Source of the DNA: a virus
Reading direction: 5' to 3' (one strand)
DNA: 64,000 bases
Virus record (IMG/VR): IMGVR_UViG_3300045996_001561
Coordinates: 15,345-79,344 of that record
Shown: positions 18,691 to 27,014 of the stretch, in pieces
Layout of the letters: the number at the start of each line of letters is the position of its first letter
How positions within the stretch are numbered: the first letter of the stretch is position 1
Notes under the pieces: model-generated
What the model was told of the DNA's origin: nothing
The model's database searches: none
What the model saw: the letters and a program-made list of their open reading frames with translations, nothing else
Position numbers and translations under genes: made by a program

Positions 18691-18719
18691 TTGACAATAC
18701 CCCGCGTATATGGTACTAT
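18691..18719 (+). promoter_or_regulatory. sigma70-type early promoter
   Basis: TTGACA-N17(TGG)-TACTAT. Confidence 0.85.
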
Positions 18720-18769
18720 ACAACCAGTCAAGTGGGGGAACGGAAGCCCTCGGACGGAAGGAGGAAACA

Positions 18770-19225
18770 GTGATCAGGCCAGGAATGAAGATCACCCTAG
18801 AGAGTCTGGAAGAGATCGGGCCGTTCGCATGGCCGGGAGGGTACGTCAATACCTTCATCGACCGGGATGGCAGCATCCTGTGCTTCGATTGCGCCAAGAA
18901 GGATCTGCAGGACGGAAACCCGTTCGGATCGATCGCGTACGCGGGGTACGAGGAACGCGACCCCGAGGATGGCGACGTGATTTGCGATGGATGCGGACAG
19001 GAGGTCGATCCGGCGATTCGCGGTCGAGACGACGATCCCGCCACCGCCTGCCGCTACCGCGTACGCGGGAAGGATGTTGCCGAGTTTCACACGAACGTGT
19101 GGGACGAGGTGATCACCGAGGCTCGGAAGCTGCGCGGTGAGGGGATCAGAAACATCGCCGTCGAGGAACGGGATCACGGGCCGGGGTTTGGGCCGGGACA
19201 TTGGGTGGAGGTGATCTGGTCGTGA
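18770..19225 (+). CDS. Zinc-binding phage protein (AWPGGY..LCxxC..CxxC family)
   Basis: FAWPGGY..DGSILCFDCA..VICDGCG; SD GGAGGAAAC. Confidence 0.7.
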   Translation: MIRPGMKITLESLEEIGPFAWPGGYVNTFIDRDGSILCFDCAKKDLQDGNPFGSIAYAGYEERDPEDGDVICDGCGQEVDPAIRGRDDDPATACRYRVRGKDVAEFHTNVWDEVITEARKLRGEGIRNIAVEERDHGPGFGPGHWVEVIWS

Positions 19226-19533
19226 ACGCATGGACAGGTCTGCGGCTCTCGGATGCGCGGCGACAACTGGTCGGCGTCAAATCCCAGATCGATCGCTCGA
19301 TCCAAGCGGAGGACGACGACAACTGGCTCCGCGATGCGCCCCAAGATCCCGAAGCGTACGTGTTGCTCAATGAGATCGTGGGTCTCGTCAACACCCTCGA
19401 TCAGAAGCTGCTTGACCTCGTCTTGAGAAAGGATCACGATGCTGTTCCAGAAGAAGAAGCCAGCCAAGAAGGGTCGGTCGCGCACATCATCGACCCGACC
19501 AGCCCCAGCGCGGAGGAACTCTGGGGTCAGTAA
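19222..19533 (+). CDS. Hypothetical protein
   Basis: GTGA-coupled; SD GGAGGTG. Confidence 0.6.
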   Translation: MNAWTGLRLSDARRQLVGVKSQIDRSIQAEDDDNWLRDAPQDPEAYVLLNEIVGLVNTLDQKLLDLVLRKDHDAVPEEEASQEGSVAHIIDPTSPSAEELWGQ

Positions 19534-20038
19534 GATCCCTCGGGGGTACTACGAGAACTTTGGCACCGAGTACCACAACACGCGCGGGATGGGGTCAACC
19601 TATATCGCGGCGGCAGGATCGGGATGTCTGGGGGTCTCATGGAAGTTCTTTCTGATGGTGATGCTGATCGGGATTGTGATTGCCGCCTTCTGAGGGAGGC
19701 CCAGGCCCAGATCAGCACGGCCTGGATCGACGGCGACACGGACACCCTCGTCCAGTGGCTGGGCGCACTCGATCGCTCGATCCAGGCGAACGATCCACTG
19801 CAGAACGGTGCGGCCTTCCTGATCGAGTACACCGTGGCAGGGTTGGAGATCCTCCTGTTTGATCCCACGGTGCATGCATTCTATTGCACGGCACTCCTAC
19901 CCCAATTCTGGCCCCAACGCCCCACAGAGGCCACGGAGCGCGTCCACAGCGGGGGTTCCGTGGATGACGACCGGCAACGTCGTGCCGACGTGCTGCGGTT
20001 TCGCATCTTCGGGCCGTGGGAAGGGATGCCGGGGGACA

Positions 20039-20067
20039 TTGACAAATACGCGGGGGTGAGCTACACT
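20039..20067 (+). promoter_or_regulatory. Promoter of the candidate small RNA
   Basis: TTGACA-N17-TACACT; the only copy lacking the TG extended -10. Confidence 0.75.
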
Positions 20068-20073
20068 ACGCAG

Positions 20074-20206
20074 GCAACTAAAGGGAGCTTCCTCTAAGCT
20101 CCTGGGGGGTCGACACCGGCGATGCCGGAACCACTCGATCCCCAAAGGTTTCCTCCGAGTTGCACCTTCCGTGTCGGGAACCCCGGTCGCAAGGCTGGGG
20201 TTCTTG
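20074..20206 (+). ncRNA. Candidate structured antisense small RNA (~133 nt)
   Basis: Own promoter and no SD/ORF. Helices: GCAACT/AGTTGC, GGAGCTT/AAGCTCC, GGGGGTCGA/TCGATCCCC with inner CCGGC/GCCGG, and a 13-bp terminal stem with GCAA tetraloop. G-U pairs work only on the + strand. Confidence 0.75.
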
Positions 20207-20258
20207 GCGTCCCGATCACCCCCTGTGTATGTATGGGAAACTGGTTTCCATAATACCC

Positions 20259-20287
20259 TTGACAATACCCGTATGGTATGGTAGTAT
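20259..20287 (+). promoter_or_regulatory. sigma70-type early promoter
   Basis: TTGACA-N17(TGG)-TAGTAT. Confidence 0.85.
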
Positions 20288-20336
20288 TGTCAGTGGTGAA
20301 GGGTACGGAACCCTTCGCACGGAAGGAGGAAACGCG

Positions 20337-20780
20337 ATGCTGCAGACACAGGTCGATCATCAGTTTGGGGTGGGCGACCGGGCCATCCTGAAGCTGCGGC
20401 CGGGACGCAAGTTTGCCTACACCGGGTGGAAGGACGGCGATCTCGTCATCATCGATGCGGTCAACTTCCGCATCAACGCGGACGGATCGACGGTCGTCTT
20501 TTACGCGGTCACCCACACGCCCGGTGGGGGGCACGTCCACGTCGGTGCCAATGAGGTGGTGCCGCTGCTCGATCGCCCCACACCCCCACAGAAATTCCTG
20601 ATCTACGGCGGTGCGTACATCGCGCTGCTGGAGAAGGCGCTCGACGGCGGGCCATTCGCTCGGGCCATTCGCAACGCCACGCGCGCCGGAAACGATGCCT
20701 GCGGGTACGAGATCGTCCCGCGCAACGCCGAGGACGCCGCCCTGATCGCGCAGGCGGTGCGGGATGTGATGGTGCGCTGA
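20337..20780 (+). CDS. Hypothetical protein (SH3/KOW-like N-terminus)
   Basis: SD GGAGGAAAC; HQFGVGDRAIL..GWKDGD resembles the next gene's HAFAIGDAVML..GWVNGE. Confidence 0.65.
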   Translation: MLQTQVDHQFGVGDRAILKLRPGRKFAYTGWKDGDLVIIDAVNFRINADGSTVVFYAVTHTPGGGHVHVGANEVVPLLDRPTPPQKFLIYGGAYIALLEKALDGGPFARAIRNATRAGNDACGYEIVPRNAEDAALIAQAVRDVMVR

Positions 20781-21010
20781 TGCCTGAAACCACCTTCCAG
20801 CACGCCTTTGCCATCGGGGATGCGGTCATGCTGAACATGCGGGAGACGAAGCAGCGCAACGGCTGGGTGAACGGCGAGACGGTCTACATCCAGACCGTCA
20901 GCTTCCGCACGGCTCGGGAGGGATCGTACACCTTCTACACCGTGGGTATGGAGCCGGTCAGCACGTCCGTGATCAAGGTTCGGGATATCGACGTGGAGGC
21001 GGCAACGTGA
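20780..21010 (+). CDS. Hypothetical protein, paralog of the upstream N-domain
   Basis: TGATG-coupled; shared motif. Confidence 0.65.
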   Translation: MPETTFQHAFAIGDAVMLNMRETKQRNGWVNGETVYIQTVSFRTAREGSYTFYTVGMEPVSTSVIKVRDIDVEAAT

Positions 21011-21441
21011 ACATCTACGGACACACCTATCAGCAGCGCCGCGAGATCCAGCGGCAAGCGAATAAAATCTCGGCCCTCTGGCTCTCCCCTCGGGGCAAGC
21101 TCTATGGCCTGGGGGAGATCGAGGTCAAGGCGGCACGGGAGTATGCGTCCCACAACGAGTACAAAGGCGATCCAGGGGGGTGGATTCGGCGCACCGCATC
21201 GGATCGGGTAATCACGCAGGGGTGGAGAAACTTCTTCCTCGCCCGCACGCGGATGATCCTCGACTGGTACACCCAGCGCCTGACCGCCTTCCCCAGCTTC
21301 GCGGCCATGATCGATGCGCCCTCCACGTACCGGCCGACGCTGATGCAGACCTCGACGGACTGGCGGTGCTGGCTGCTGGCCTTCCACTACGATCAGACGA
21401 TGGCCTATCGGGGTGATCCGAGGCGGGTCTATCGTGGCTAG
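21007..21441 (+). CDS. Hypothetical protein
   Basis: GTGA-coupled; SD GGAGG. Confidence 0.6.
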   Translation: MNIYGHTYQQRREIQRQANKISALWLSPRGKLYGLGEIEVKAAREYASHNEYKGDPGGWIRRTASDRVITQGWRNFFLARTRMILDWYTQRLTAFPSFAAMIDAPSTYRPTLMQTSTDWRCWLLAFHYDQTMAYRGDPRRVYRG

Positions 21442-21653
21442 GGGGAGGGTTCGGCTCAAGCGCGGGGAGCAGCGCGTCACCACGTACCACCGGGGTGACG
21501 TCACGGCGATCATCAGCGGACGCAGCAGCGGGTACTACACCATGACGATCAACGGGTTCTTCGGGGGGATCGCCCACAGTCGGCATGAGGCCAAGTGGAT
21601 GATCCTCTCGGGCCACTACGTCAACGGGCCTGCGCTCCTACGGAGGATTCCGC

Positions 21654-22289
21654 ATGGATAAGATCAACATCTACCGTGTGAATATCACCGGCGTCGATCA
21701 GGTGCTGTCCTTCAGCGCCCCTGACGCTCCGATGGCTCCGATCTGGGCCAGCGTGTGGCCCTCGGGGGTGGCACTGGCCTCGGTCATCTGGCGCGACCGG
21801 GAGCGATTTGCCGGGAAGAAGGTCTTGGAGATCGGGCCGGGTCTGGGGATCACCGCCACGCTCCTGGGGCTGGCCGGGGCTGAGGTCACCCTCGTCGATA
21901 TCTCCCAATCCTGCCTCAATGTCGCGGCCTACAACATGCGGCAGAACGGAGCAGGGTACCCGGCCCATGCCATCGTCAGTGACATCCGTCACCCCACGCC
22001 GGATCTCCCGGGCCATCTTGAGCGTGGCGCATACGACATGATCGTGGGAGCCGACATCCTCTATGAGGATGACGTGGTGGAGCCACTCCTGCGGACGATC
22101 AGTGCCGTCGACCACGCCTGGATCGCCGCCGTGATCCGGGAGCCGTTTGCCAAGTTCGCCTTCGATACCCCGGGTGCCGGGTGGACGATGCGTACGGAGA
22201 AGATCCGGGTTCCCATCCCCGACCCCATCGAGGGCACCGTTGACCCGGTCATCGTTCTTTACCTTGACAAAGCGGGCCGGGTATGGTAA
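21654..22289 (+). CDS. Class I SAM methyltransferase, Methyltransf_16 (METTL21-type protein lysine MTase)-like
   Basis: IWASVWPSGVALA, GKKVLEIGPGLG, VTLVD, YDMIVGADILYE. Confidence 0.8.
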   Translation: MDKINIYRVNITGVDQVLSFSAPDAPMAPIWASVWPSGVALASVIWRDRERFAGKKVLEIGPGLGITATLLGLAGAEVTLVDISQSCLNVAAYNMRQNGAGYPAHAIVSDIRHPTPDLPGHLERGAYDMIVGADILYEDDVVEPLLRTISAVDHAWIAAVIREPFAKFAFDTPGAGWTMRTEKIRVPIPDPIEGTVDPVIVLYLDKAGRVW

Positions 22290-22292
22290 TAT
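22264..22292 (+). promoter_or_regulatory. sigma70-type promoter
   Basis: TTGACA-N17(TGG)-TAATAT. Confidence 0.85.
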
Positions 22293-22340
22293 AGGGACAA
22301 TCGAGATGGGGAGCGGAAGCCCCACAGAAAGGAGGAACGG

Positions 22341-23879
22341 ATGCGGGATCGCGTCACCATCGCCAACGTCGAGGCGGCGCTGAACTATTACACCTTTGTG
22401 ATGGGGTTGACGGCCGCGCAACAGGCCGACTTCCTGATCGATACGAAGCGGACAGTCACGAACGGTCGGTCGACGACGCGGTATCGCCTGTCGCACTTCG
22501 ACGGAGCGGAGATCGGTTTCCCCCTCGGGAGGGAGTGGCGCACCGCGCGGGAGATGCACGACGGTCTGCGGGATGCCGCCCTCGGCGTCAATTGTTACCG
22601 GAGGTCATTCGGATGAAGCTGGAAACCCTCGACCAAAAGCTGCAGCGGAAATACCCGAAGCTCTCCAAGAAGGAGCGGATGCTGGCCCTGCTCCTGGCCG
22701 ATGCCCAGCACCGGAGTCAGATCGGCCGAGCCAACGGCATCACCGCCACGCTGGAGACGCTCCATCCCCGCAAGGCAGCAGTGATTTCGGACGCCGCCTA
22801 TTTCATCCGCGAGTACAAGATCGCATCGGGAGCATGGTCATGACCAACGTGATTCTGCGGGCCGACGATATCGCGCAGCATCGGCAGGAGAGCGCCGTGC
22901 GGAGGGCGCTCCTGCCCTGCCTGCACCGGGTGCGGGTGGGTGACGACCGGGATCTGCATGAGATGATCGTGGCCGACCCGTTCCACGGATTCATCCCGGG
23001 AACCGCTGCGACGCTGAACAGGTGTCGTCAGGAAGCCTACTGCGTCAGCCGCAACAACCCCGGCCTCACCGTCTTGGTGGAGCGTCTGGATGGGGATGTT
23101 GTCGCACGCTACATCAACGGTCGGGAGGTCTGAGATGGGTTCCGTCAGGCAGTTGATCGAACTCCAGGGCGTCATCGAGGATGCGCGAGAGCAAGCCCGA
23201 TCCACCTTTGAGTACAGCCTCTTTGCGGGATCGAACAAGGATGAGTCGGGGCAGGATAAGGCCGAGGATCGCATCCTGCGCTATCTGGAGTTTGCGCGGA
23301 GCGAGGTCGAGATGCTCACCGGAAATCTGGTGCGCCATGAACAGCGGTAGCCCCCTGAATCGACGGGAGGTCTAGGTGCTGGGAACCCTACGTGCAGACG
23401 TGGTGGCGATCGAGGACAAGGGCAACGGCCTGTATGCGGCCCATCTCCTGATATCCGGAACGATCGTCGACGCGAAGAACACCGAGTACACCTTCGATCG
23501 TGTGAAATCGGTGATGGGATTCTCCGGGGGGATCGGGCCAAAGCAAACCCTCTCGGAGCAGCGGCAGGCCGAGGTACACGAGATCACGATGATCACACGA
23601 TTTGGGGAGGGCATCTGAATGACCACACAGGCACAGCGGGATGCGATCGATCTGGCCCACTATCAGCGGCGGGAGATCGACCGCCGCTACAGCGTGCTGA
23701 TGACCACCACTATGGGGCAGATGATCGCAATCGCCCAGGATGGGGTGCGCTGGCAGCAGGAGCATCGCCGGGCCGTACCGTACGCGGCCTACCGGGAGGA
23801 AATGGACACCGTGGTGTCGGTGATCGACCAACTCCGCGAGGGCATCCGCACGACGCTGCAGGAGGATGTCCGTGGATGA
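22341..23879 (+). other. Operon of six small hypothetical CDS (22341-22616, 22613-22843, 22840-23133, 23135-23350, 23376-23618, 23619-23879)
   Basis: Tightly coupled ORFs with SD sequences. Confidence 0.6.
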
Positions 23880-23967
23880 CGATCCCTACGAGGTCGCCAT
23901 CATGGCGGTCGGCGCGATTCTGGTCTACCTGGCGATCATTGGGCTTGTCGCACTGATCTGGCGTTAG
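23872..23967 (+). CDS. 31-aa single-TM membrane peptide
   Basis: MDDDPYEVAIMAVGAILVYLAIIGLVALIWR; SD GGAGG. Confidence 0.6.
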   Translation: MDDDPYEVAIMAVGAILVYLAIIGLVALIWR

Positions 23968-23979
23968 ACGGAGGGAGAT

Positions 23980-24141
23980 GTGAACGGGACGCTTTCTGCA
24001 CTGGCCGTCGCACTTGCCATCATCGCGGTGGGGTTCGTGCTGCGAGTCAACGACAAGATCGACACGCCGACGCAGATCGTCATCATGATTCTGGCGATCG
24101 CGATCGAAATCGTGTTGCTCCAGATATGGCGGGATCGATGA
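23980..24141 (+). CDS. 53-aa two-TM membrane protein, copy 1
   Basis: MNGTLSALAVALAIIAVGFVLRVNDKIDTPTQIVIMILAIAIEIVLLQIWRDR. Confidence 0.7.
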   Translation: MNGTLSALAVALAIIAVGFVLRVNDKIDTPTQIVIMILAIAIEIVLLQIWRDR

Positions 24142-24198
24142 GCGACACAAGGCGATCATCGGACTTGTCGCGCTGATCTGGAGATAGACGGAGGGAGC

Positions 24199-24360
24199 AT
24201 GACCGGAGTCTTTGCCGCATTTATCATCGCTCAGACCATCATCCTCACGGCGTTCGTCCTTGCGGTGAACGACACGATCGACCTGCCGACGCAGGCGGTC
24301 ATCACGATCCTGGCCATCGCCGTGCAAATCGTGCTGCTCCAGATATGGGGGGATCGATGA
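24199..24360 (+). CDS. 53-aa two-TM membrane protein, copy 2
   Basis: MTGVFAAFIIAQTIILTAFVLAVNDTIDLPTQAVITILAIAVQIVLLQIWGDR. Confidence 0.7.
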   Translation: MTGVFAAFIIAQTIILTAFVLAVNDTIDLPTQAVITILAIAVQIVLLQIWGDR

Positions 24361-24596
24361 GCGACACGGTCGGGAGGGGCAACGCCTATCGATGCTGGCG
24401 GGTACGGATGCGCGCCAATCAGGTCTACGAGGCCCACGTCTGGGCCAGCACGACCCCCGCCGCACAGGAGGCAGGGCAGGCCGCGTATTATGACGATCAT
24501 GTGATCGAGGTCGATCGGTACCTCGTCGAGATCACGGACGCGACACCTGTCAACGAGCAGGAGTGCTTTGCCGATGAGAAGCCCATCGGAGGATAG
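24357..24596 (+). CDS. Hypothetical protein
   Basis: ATGA-coupled. Confidence 0.55.
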   Translation: MSDTVGRGNAYRCWRVRMRANQVYEAHVWASTTPAAQEAGQAAYYDDHVIEVDRYLVEITDATPVNEQECFADEKPIGG

Positions 24597-24801
24597 CGAT
24601 GTATCGCACACACGGCGGCGATGTGGCCCAATTGCGTGGGCGCGTGGGGAACCCCTGTAACAAGATGGGGTTACGCGACTCCGAGGACGAGAAGATCACC
24701 CTCCCCATGACCACCCCGGGTATCCACAACGCTTATCGTGATTGCATGACCGAGGACTATCTGAAGCAGTGCAAACGCAAGAGGGCCAAGAAGTCAAAGG
24801 G

Positions 24802-24830
24802 TTGACAAATACATGCTAGTATGGTAATAT
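24802..24830 (+). promoter_or_regulatory. sigma70-type promoter
   Basis: TTGACA-N17(TGG)-TAATAT. Confidence 0.85.
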
Positions 24831-24880
24831 CCTCGTAGCTGGGGTGACGGAAGCCCCGAGGACGAGAGAAGGAGGAAACA

Positions 24881-24991
24881 GTGTTCTTTACGGTCAACTT
24901 TATGCAGTTCGTCCGATTCATGGGACGGTTCCTGAAGTGGATCCTGATCCTGGCGATCATCGTCATCGTGATTGGGAGCCTGTCATGGTAG
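24881..24991 (+). CDS. 36-aa single-TM peptide
   Basis: SD GGAGGAAAC then GTG: MFFTVNFMQFVRFMGRFLKWILILAIIVIVIGSLSW. Confidence 0.65.
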   Translation: MFFTVNFMQFVRFMGRFLKWILILAIIVIVIGSLSW

Positions 24992-25743
24992 CGGCGGCGA
25001 AGCGGGGGTGCGGATTTCGGGTTCCCGGCGACATCTACATGGAGTCCGTGGGTGGCACGGCAACGGTCGACGACTGTCTGATCGATCCACCCATCCCCAT
25101 CCCGGCAGGGTTGGAGATCCCGGCCCGTGGTGTCCTGATCATGCAGCGCCCGGGCACAGATGGTGATCCGATCTGGGATGTGTACGACCATGTCGGGTCG
25201 AACCACTACCCGAACGTGGCCGATTTCGTGGAGGAAACCCGACGCTTCGGGTTGTCCCGCAAGATCAGCCGCAACGAGAACCTCCATCTGCTCGACGATC
25301 GATCGGTGATCATCCTCTGCCATGAGCGGGCCGTGGTGGAGCAGGCCGATTTCATGTACCAGTTACTCTGGGAGGAGGCCGACGAGTACCCCTCGGCCAC
25401 CGGGTTGCGCTGCCCACAGCACAAGCACACCCTCGACCAGATGATGGCCGCGCGACCGGGTGCCAACACCTGTGCCGGACTCTGGTACGAGATGATCCAG
25501 GGCGGGGATGCCTCCTACGATCCCGACAAGCCGCCACGCACGGTGACCCGCGAGGTCGGATCGACCCGGTACGAGGGGCGCAAGACGCCCGAGGGATTCA
25601 CGCCACGCTACCGGGAGGGGTTCTTCCTCAGCAGCCGCCTCAGTAATCTCACGGTGATCAAGGATCCCGAGGGCGGCGAGGACATCAAGGCGATGCAGAA
25701 GGCCAGCCAGAGCAAGCTCACCGTGCGACTGGAGGACTCATGA
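24985..25743 (+). CDS. Conserved-looking hypothetical protein (RGCGxR..G.IY motif)
   Basis: MVAAAKRGCGFRVPGDIY..DHVGSNHYPNVADFVEETRRFGLSRKIS; start reassigned from the track. Confidence 0.7.
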   Translation: MVAAAKRGCGFRVPGDIYMESVGGTATVDDCLIDPPIPIPAGLEIPARGVLIMQRPGTDGDPIWDVYDHVGSNHYPNVADFVEETRRFGLSRKISRNENLHLLDDRSVIILCHERAVVEQADFMYQLLWEEADEYPSATGLRCPQHKHTLDQMMAARPGANTCAGLWYEMIQGGDASYDPDKPPRTVTREVGSTRYEGRKTPEGFTPRYREGFFLSSRLSNLTVIKDPEGGEDIKAMQKASQSKLTVRLEDS

Positions 25744-25750
25744 CGACACG

Positions 25751-25779
25751 TTGACAATACCGGGGGTATATGGTAACAT
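25751..25779 (+). promoter_or_regulatory. sigma70-type promoter
   Basis: TTGACA-N17(TGG)-TAACAT. Confidence 0.85.
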
Positions 25780-25828
25780 GCAACGCAATGGGGAGGAACG
25801 GAACCTCCCACGCGTACAGGAGGAAACC

Positions 25829-26905
25829 GTGGAACAGGATGCCAGGGACATGGAGAATGCGATCACCGAGGCCGAGCAGGAGGCCGAGGCGGGAGCGATC
25901 GAGGACGATCAGTTCGTGGAGGCCACCCAGGGGGAGCTTGCCGGACTGATCCCGAGTGAGATCCCAGAGGGCTTGGCGACGGACTATGCGCCCATCGACA
26001 AGTTGCGGCTCGATCCGATAGGCGACCCGCCGACCAAAGGGTTCATCAACAACGTGCGGCTCCTTGGCATCATCGAGCCGCTGGTGGTTCGGCTCGATGC
26101 CGAGGGGTTCTACGAGATCATCGAGGGGCGACGGCGGGCCGAGGCGGCACGCATCCTCGGCATGCGGTTCGTCCCGGTGGTGGTCGAGACGCGGAGCAGC
26201 GCGAACGATCTGGTGCTTGCCCTCGCGGCCAACTACCAACGCTCCCCGAACTTCATCGGGGATGCGCGCAACGTCGTCAGGCTCTTGGAGCATTCCAGTG
26301 AGCATCAGGTGGCAGCCGCCACGGGGATGGCGATCCCCCAGGTGCGGGCCGCGCGGGATATGATCACCCGACTCCACCCGAAGCTCGTCGAGGCGGCGGA
26401 AACCGGCCATATGGCGAAATGGGCCTCGACTCACGCGGCACGGCTACCGATGCCTGCCCAGGAGCGATTGCTGGCCGACCTGCAGGAGCGGTTGCAGCAC
26501 GATCCCAAGGCCAAGATCACCGACCAGCACGTCATCGAGGCGCGGAATGCCGGTCGGGATGTGGCGAAGGCGACCCTTCCGGCCAGCATGTTCGACCGGG
26601 AGGGTGGGGATGCGGTCGACCCGGTGCTATACGGGGATGCAACGGCTGAGGATCTGGAAGAGGAATTCGCGGAAGGATTGACGGCCGTCGCGGAGCAGGC
26701 GCGATCAGAGCTTGCGACGCACCCGGACAATGGGGCAAAGCCCACCAAGATCAGCCGCGAGGATCGGGTGGCGAATGCGGTCAGTCTCCTGCAGCAGGCG
26801 CGCAAGGAACTGATGGCCATCAAGGGACGCAGCGAGGATCAGCAACAGGTGGTGATCTTCATCGACGACGAGTTGCTGCCCCGGTTGCTGCAGCCGGTCA
26901 GCTAG
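25829..26905 (+). CDS. ParB/Srx-family protein with HTH
   Basis: GIIEPLVVR..YEIIEGRRRAEAA..ANYQR; HTH-like SEHQVAAATGMAIPQV. Confidence 0.8.
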   Translation: MEQDARDMENAITEAEQEAEAGAIEDDQFVEATQGELAGLIPSEIPEGLATDYAPIDKLRLDPIGDPPTKGFINNVRLLGIIEPLVVRLDAEGFYEIIEGRRRAEAARILGMRFVPVVVETRSSANDLVLALAANYQRSPNFIGDARNVVRLLEHSSEHQVAAATGMAIPQVRAARDMITRLHPKLVEAAETGHMAKWASTHAARLPMPAQERLLADLQERLQHDPKAKITDQHVIEARNAGRDVAKATLPASMFDREGGDAVDPVLYGDATAEDLEEEFAEGLTAVAEQARSELATHPDNGAKPTKISREDRVANAVSLLQQARKELMAIKGRSEDQQQVVIFIDDELLPRLLQPVS

Positions 26906-27014
26906 GCTAGCATCGCAGGCAAAGAGCAGGGGCCGGGAGGGAAGATCCGGCCCCATAGCTCACCCGAGGTAAGGAATGGCGGCTGCCCCTCGGGATTTTG
27001 GTGAGGAGGTCACC

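Larger units (their letters stand above)
23931..24367 (+). repeat. Diverged tandem duplication (~220-bp units: 23931-24148 and 24151-24367)
   Basis: Both start GGCGATCATyGGrCTTGTCGCrCTGATCTGG..TAGACGGAGGGAG and end CTCCAGATATGGsGGGATCGATGAGCGACAC. Confidence 0.85.

Noticed and set aside
12800-18720. CRISPR array or integron attC array
   Set aside because: The repeats are promoters in alternating orientation separated by genes; there is no fixed repeat/spacer period, cas gene or integron integrase.
19624-20097. 157-aa ORF running into the small RNA
   Set aside because: No clear SD, and its 3' end crosses a promoter. Only the middle (LDRSIQAND, echoing IDRSIQAED in 19222-19533) looks coding, possibly a remnant.
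19897-20175. Minus-strand gene starting TTG at ~20145 using ACGGAAG..CGGAGGAAACC as its own leader
   Set aside because: No consensus minus-strand promoter upstream, the product looks non-protein-like, it would run through the + promoter, and the hairpins need + strand G-U pairs. Disfavoured rather than excluded; it is the main alternative to the small-RNA model.
20074-20206. tRNA or tmRNA
   Set aside because: No T-loop (TTCGA) in cloverleaf context, no CCA end, no tag ORF. No tRNA was recognised elsewhere by eye.
14300-26000. GATC/CGATCG richness as a HIP1-like system
   Set aside because: Visible but not quantifiable by eye, and partly explained by ATC/GAT codon use; needs a Markov-corrected count.
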